DNA from: an uncultured Planctomycetota bacterium
GTDB lineage: Bacteria; Planctomycetota; Planctomycetia; Pirellulales; Lacipirellulaceae
Direction of reading: 5' to 3'
NCBI GenBank assembly: GCA_963719315.1
Contig: CAVRBU010000004.1
Location: 704,001-768,000, forward strand
DNA length: 64,000 nucleotides
The position numbers and the translations under genes were made by a program. The first letter of the stretch is position 1; each line of letters opens with the position of its first letter. This document shows positions 61,226-64,000 of the stretch, piece after piece. The notes under the pieces were generated by a model, which was given only the letters and a program-made list of their open reading frames with translations, was not told the origin of the DNA and did no database searches.

Positions 61226-62101
61226 TCAACAGATTTTGTGTGTCTTCCCTCGCCGGCCGCGGTGTGGCGACCGGTAATTGTCTTGGCTATTAAAGTGATC
61301 GACGGCCGCCTTCAAGTCGGTCAGTAGCACGTCCGCAAGATTACGACCGAAGCCTTCACGAACGCAGACTCGCATGACGGCCATATCATCGACTTTCGGT
61401 GGCATTGTGTAGGCAGGAACCTGCCAACCATACTCGCGTAATTTTTCGGAGAGATCAAACACCGTGTACGCGCTCGGATTCTTCAGCGCGAACGCGAAGA
61501 CGGGTATCTCATCGCCGCGGCTGAGTAGCTCGAACGGCCCCAGCTTTTCGATCTCGCTCGATAAATGGACGGCCGTCTCCCGCATCGATTTCATAACTTG
61601 CGTGTAGCCCGCGCGGCCTAGGCGAAGGAAATTGTAATATTGGCCGACAATTTGATTGCCAGGCCGCGAGAAGTTGAGCGTAAAGGTGGGCATGTCGCCC
61701 CCCAGATAATTGACGTGAAATATCAGTTCTTCCGGCAATTCGTCGTGCGAGCGCCAAACCACCCAACCGACACCCGGATAGACCAAAAAAGATGAATAGA
61801 AAGCCGGCGCTGCCCATCGTGGCAGCAGGATGTTCGCCGCGCCCGTCAGGATACCCGTGCCGAAACCGCGATTCAGGAATTCAACGGTGCCGCCTTCGCC
61901 AGGAAACCGCAAGGTCAGCTTGAGATACGAGTAGCTTGTTAAAAGCGCTACGATGCCGGATGTGACAAAGGCAATTGGAATCGCGCCTTTGGTCAACTGA
62001 ACGGCCAGTCCCGTCGTCGCGAAGATTCCCCCGCCAACCATTCCTCCAATGCCGATCGAGAGTGTCGAAAAAGTTCCCAGTTTTCCGGCGTGATCACTCA
62101 T
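61226..62101 (-). pseudogene. Chimeric ORF: APC-family permease N-terminus fused to a glutamate decarboxylase C-terminus
   Basis: aa 1-93 with SIGIGGMVGGGIF and GGTVEFL (APC); from LVYPGVGWVVWR, FHVNYLGG, LNFSRPG, YYNFLRLG, GWQVPAY (GadA/B-like); the PLP-binding HK motif is absent. Confidence 0.85.
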
Positions 62102-62730
62102 GAAGCACCAGGCCCGTCAAAAAATGACTGAATACCGTTGAGGGCAAATTGAACCCCCATCGCGATGACAATCAAGCCCATGAAACGAGTGATTGTATCG
62201 TGTACGAAGCCGCCGCCGCTCGCGCGGCCGCCCATCCAGATCGCCAGCAGGATCGCCAGCCACATGACCACCGTGGCCACCGCGACGGCGACCAGCGCCG
62301 TCATCGGGAACGATAGCTTGGTGTGGGCCGCGGCGAGTGTGATCACGCCGGTGATCGTACCGGGGCTGGCCGCGAACAAGATCAGCGGACTCAGCGATAC
62401 TCTTTGGCTGGCGCCGACATTCTGCGAGCGATTGTCAGCGGTCGCGTTGCCACGCAGCATCGAGAAGCCGATCCAAGACAACACACCTCCGCCGGCGACA
62501 GAGAAGGCATCGAGCGAAACGCCAAATAGATGCAGGATACGCGTGCCGATCAGTGCCGCCAGCACCAAAATGACCAGCACAGTCAAAGCTGCCTTGGTCG
62601 CGTCGACCAACTGCGCACGCCGCAACCGAGAACCCTCAAGTTGCACGAAAATCGCCCCGCACATCACTGGATTCACCAGGGCCAGCACGGTAGCAATGGC
62701 CTGCAAGACTTCTTGGAGGAGCTTGTTCAT
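62098..62730 (-). CDS. MarC family membrane protein
   Basis: ALVNP, GTRILHLFGVSLDAFSVAGG, PLILFAASPGTI, TRFMGLIVIAMGVQF. Confidence 0.9.
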   Translation of the reverse strand: MNKLLQEVLQAIATVLALVNPVMCGAIFVQLEGSRLRRAQLVDATKAALTVLVILVLAALIGTRILHLFGVSLDAFSVAGGGVLSWIGFSMLRGNATADNRSQNVGASQRVSLSPLILFAASPGTITGVITLAAAHTKLSFPMTALVAVAVATVVMWLAILLAIWMGGRASGGGFVHDTITRFMGLIVIAMGVQFALNGIQSFFDGPGAS

Positions 62731-62863
62731 CTAACGGAGTAAATGTAGTCGGCGAAGAAAATTGCCGGCATTCCCAACGTGCCGCGGATCGATTTCATGG
62801 TTAGCTCGCCGTGTTCGTTGCAACTTCTCCGTCGCGGAAGTAGTCTACGTGCCAAGGCGCGGG

Positions 62864-64000
62864 TCAATTGTTCGTCTTCGGCGCGCTCTGTAGTGCCTCC
62901 AACACCTGATCGAGACTGAAGCTGCCGGGTTTCTGGCGTGGCGGGAATTGGTTGTACGTCGCAAGATGCGCGGCGACCATCGCCTGGGCCGGCACGAGCA
63001 CGAACGCATGATCGACGCGCCACCGGCCGTAGTCGCTGGCCTCGTGGTCGGCACGTTCATAGGGGTCGGTGCGCAGGCAAAACAGCTTAGGGAAGCGTAG
63101 CGTCACCAAGGGATCCTGCCACACGTCCAATCCGTGGGCGCGTTGCTCCTGGAACACGATCTTCCAGCGGTCGTAGCGCAGGCCGCAGAGGTTGCCGTCG
63201 TCCGTCCAGTAGAAGAACTCCTTGCGGGGCGATTGCGGCGTGGCATTCTTGAAATAGGGGAGCAGGTTGTAGCCATCGAGATGGACTTTGTAATCCCGGC
63301 CGATCGCTCGATATCCCTTGATAAGTTTCTCCTTGATATCCGGCACACCGGCCGCGGCCAGCAACGTTGGCAACATGTCTTCGTGGGAAAACACATCGTT
63401 GTAGATCGTGCCGGGCTTGATTACGCCCGGCCAGCGGATCAAGCAAGGCACGCGATAACCGCCTTCCCAGTTCGAGTTTTTCTCATTGCGAAACGGCGTG
63501 CTGCCGCCGTCCGGCCAAGAGAAACACTCAGCACCGTTGTCGGTGGAATACATGACGATCGTGTTCTCTTCGAGCCCCAGATCCTTCAGCTTGTCGAGGA
63601 TCTGGCCCACCTGGGCGTCGTGTTCCACCATGCCGTCCGGGTAAACGCCTAAGCCCGTTTTGCCTTGCGAGCCCTGCTTGAGGTGCGTCCAGATGTGCAT
63701 GCGGGTCGAGTTCCACCACAGAAAGAACGGCTTGTCTGCCTTCTTGGCGCGTTCGAGGAAGTCGAGTGCGGCGGCCGTGACTTCGTCGTCGATCGTTTCC
63801 ATGCGCTTAATGGTCAGCGGGCCGGTGTCTTGAATCTTGCCGCCAGCCGTGGATTTGATCACGCCGCGCGGTCCGAACTTCTTTTTGAATTCCGGCTTCT
63901 TGGGATAGTCCGGATGCTCGGGCTCCTGCTCGGCGTTCAGGTGATAAAGATTGCCGAGGAATTCATCAAAGCCATGGTTGGTCGGGAGCATCTCATCGAG
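62864..64000 (-). CDS. Arylsulfatase, 3' part (5' end beyond the window); paralogue of 41540..43102
   Basis: [47 protein letters not shown]. Confidence 0.93.
   Translation of the reverse strand, partial: LDEMLPTNHGFDEFLGNLYHLNAEQEPEHPDYPKKPEFKKKFGPRGVIKSTAGGKIQDTGPLTIKRMETIDDEVTAAALDFLERAKKADKPFFLWWNSTRMHIWTHLKQGSQGKTGLGVYPDGMVEHDAQVGQILDKLKDLGLEENTIVMYSTDNGAECFSWPDGGSTPFRNEKNSNWEGGYRVPCLIRWPGVIKPGTIYNDVFSHEDMLPTLLAAAGVPDIKEKLIKGYRAIGRDYKVHLDGYNLLPYFKNATPQSPRKEFFYWTDDGNLCGLRYDRWKIVFQEQRAHGLDVWQDPLVTLRFPKLFCLRTDPYERADHEASDYGRWRVDHAFVLVPAQAMVAAHLATYNQFPPRQKPGSFSLDQVLEALQSAPKTNN

Noticed and set aside
62727..62798. 23-codon minus-strand ORF MKSIRGTLGMPAIFFADYIYSVR overlapping the marC start
   Set aside because: May be another deletion remnant, but it is too short to support by eye.

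Overview
GC-rich bacterial DNA, very probably a planctomycete (Pirellulales/Lacipirellulaceae-like). The evidence is the 'LExRxL(L/M)A' export motifs, a PVC-type CxxCH dehydrogenase, a DUF1559 pilin-like gene, an ECF sigma/Ser-Thr kinase pair, a dockerin-like/PEP-CTERM protein, many sulfatases and GTAG-type REP doublets. From left to right the window holds: a sugar/sulfate catabolic cluster (1-11 kb); a secreted heme peroxidase and a repeat protein divergent from an ECF-STK module (13-23 kb); a Gfo/GH130/GT4/GH130 operon (23-29.5 kb); a DUF1559-VTC-DUF4956-HlyD-PEP-CTERM operon preceded by a MITE-like element (30.9-36 kb); a K+ channel, pirin/HxlR and an NTF2-like/Gly-rich pair (36-41.4 kb); and a decaying sulfatase island (41.5-64 kb). 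The best finding is a 1,977-bp IS110-family element cleanly splitting an arylsulfatase at a 2-bp core. Its ends would form a junction promoter on circularisation, and its 284-bp 3' non-coding end contains hairpin-flanked segments matching both the target site and the donor junction (a candidate bridge/seek RNA). The island also shows deletion scars: an APC permease/glutamate decarboxylase chimera, a 58-aa mini-sulfatase and an orphan sulfatase tail. About 11 apparent frameshifts look like long-read indel errors. No rRNA, tRNA or CRISPR array was seen. All family assignments come from motif recognition by eye, without database searches.
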